Positions 11,408 to 12,248 of a stretch of 12,248 bases of DNA are shown piece after piece (position 1 is the stretch's first letter; each line of letters begins with the position of its first letter). The stretch is from the NCBI GenBank assembly GCA_016196885.1, contig JACPWU010000060.1:1-12248 (forward strand), given 5' to 3'. The DNA comes from Chlamydiota bacterium. GTDB lineage: Bacteria > Auribacterota > JACPWU01. Both the position numbers and the translations under genes were made by a program. The notes beneath the pieces were generated by a model that was not told where the DNA came from, did not search any database, and saw only the letters and a program-made list of their open reading frames with translations.

Positions 11408-12061
11408 ATGAGACGCATCATTGATTTTTTTATTATTCCTTTAGTGATTATTTTGTTTCTCATTGGAGGAGTCATTTGGGTTCAGCATTCTTCTTTTGTT
11501 CATAAGACGGTGGAAGATTATGTCCGGGATTTAAAATCTTCCAAAGTAGAAAAAAGGTGGTTTGCGGCCTATCGTTTGGGTGAATTAAAGGATGCGAAGG
11601 CAGTAGGTCCGCTTTTGTCAGCTCTTCAGGATTCTTCACGAGAAGTCAGGTGGAATGCGGCGCTTGCCTTGGGGAGTTTGAAAGACAAGCGAGCAATATC
11701 ACATTTGATTCGGGCTTTAAAAGACGAAAATGATGGCGTGAAAGTTTGTGCAGCTAGGTCTCTTGGATTTTTAGAAGATGAAGCTGCCGTTGATGCCCTT
11801 TTAGAAATTCTAAAGAGTCCAAATGAGTCGGTAGAGCTGACCGCAATTTGGGCACTCGGAAATATTGGAAGCAAAAAAGCCACTTCTTTTTTAGAACCCT
11901 TCCTTGAAAATCCATCCCAGGAAATTTCATTTCAAACCGCTTGTGCCTTGGCCCGTTTGGGCAATGCAAGAGGCAAATCTCTCCTGGAAACCATGCAAGA
12001 CTCTCCTCAGCCAGAGGCCAGAGACGCTGCGAAAGAGGCGTTAAGGTTGTTGGGGGTTTAG
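11408..12061 (+). CDS. HEAT-repeat (PBS-lyase HEAT-like) protein with an N-terminal transmembrane anchor
   Basis: 217 aa. The N-terminus IIDFFIIPLVIILFLIGGVIWV is a TM helix. About five repeats of roughly 31 aa follow, with the HEAT_2/PBS-lyase pattern: VRWNAALALGSLKDKRAISHLIRALKDEN, VKVCAARSLGFLEDEAAVDALLEILKSPN and so on. Confidence 0.8.
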   Translation: MRRIIDFFIIPLVIILFLIGGVIWVQHSSFVHKTVEDYVRDLKSSKVEKRWFAAYRLGELKDAKAVGPLLSALQDSSREVRWNAALALGSLKDKRAISHLIRALKDENDGVKVCAARSLGFLEDEAAVDALLEILKSPNESVELTAIWALGNIGSKKATSFLEPFLENPSQEISFQTACALARLGNARGKSLLETMQDSPQPEARDAAKEALRLLGV

Positions 12062-12096
12062 CACGATATTTTTATACATTTTGAAGTTATGACAGT

Positions 12097-12248
12097 ATGG
12101 AAAAGGATGTTACTGTCCAAATTGTAGTCGTAAGAAGTGACCGAATTGGTATCGTAAGAAAAAAGGGACATGGCCGAGGTGGGATCGTAAATCCCCACAC
12201 CTATTCTATTGATGGCGATGGAATTGTTTTGAAGAGAGAAACTCGGAC
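12097..12248 (+). CDS. Partial CDS (5' end; continues past the window end), unknown function
   Basis: An ATG at 12097 opens a frame to the window end: MEKDVTVQIVVVRSDRIGIVRKKGHGRGGIVNPHTYSIDGDGIVLKRETR. About 21 of 50 codons start with G, a typical coding signature. The exact antisense frame is also open, but its first-position composition is poorer. There is no SD and I recognise no family. Confidence 0.35.
   Translation, partial: MEKDVTVQIVVVRSDRIGIVRKKGHGRGGIVNPHTYSIDGDGIVLKRETR

Noticed and set aside
12058-12248. Minus-strand open frame from the window end to a TAA at 12060..12058 (C-terminus ...NILFHTVITSKCIKISC)
   Set aside because: It is in exact codon-antisense register with the plus-strand ORF starting at 12097, which has the stronger G-at-first-position coding signature. 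I keep it only as the less likely alternative. More sequence to the right is needed to decide.

Overview
This is a densely coding, moderately AT-rich bacterial window that looks like chromosomal housekeeping or accessory-metabolism DNA. I support 11 complete CDS and 2 edge-truncated CDS.

Genes in order:
- Minus-strand efflux operon: TPR-flanked TolC-like outer membrane protein, then HlyD-type periplasmic adaptor, then the 5' end of a secreted protein.
- A small tail-anchored hypothetical protein.
- An HU/IHF-family DNA-binding protein.
- Chorismate synthase (aroC).
- A D-Ala-D-Ala-ligase-like ATP-grasp enzyme.
- A convergent FAD-linked oxidase (GlcD family), co-transcribed with a single-module VOC/HPPD-like protein.
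- CysM-type cysteine synthase followed by a JAMM/MPN+ (Mec+-like) metalloprotease.
- A membrane-anchored HEAT-repeat protein.
- A short partial ORF at the right edge.

I see no rRNA, tRNA, CRISPR array, transposase or recognisable defence gene.

The unusual content is non-coding. Almost every intergenic spacer carries a structured repeat of one of two kinds.
1. Long hairpins or solo arms built from tandem 7-nt units, in three sequence families: TAAGTTN, TGGTGAG and GCACGAT. There are six loci.
2. A structured dispersed element of about 121-123 bp, present twice (3845-3967 and 10804-10924). The two copies differ by compensatory double substitutions in an 18-bp outer stem and share a conserved apical hairpin with a divergent loop.

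Secondary observations:
- A C10 homopolymer inside the TolC-like gene.
- A cysM-mec pair with no cysO/ThiS-like carrier in the window.
- A 54-bp convergent CDS overlap.
- Back-to-back sigma70-like promoters.
- A possible coupled uORF.

All calls come from reading the sequence and the supplied translations. No database search or folding computation was run.
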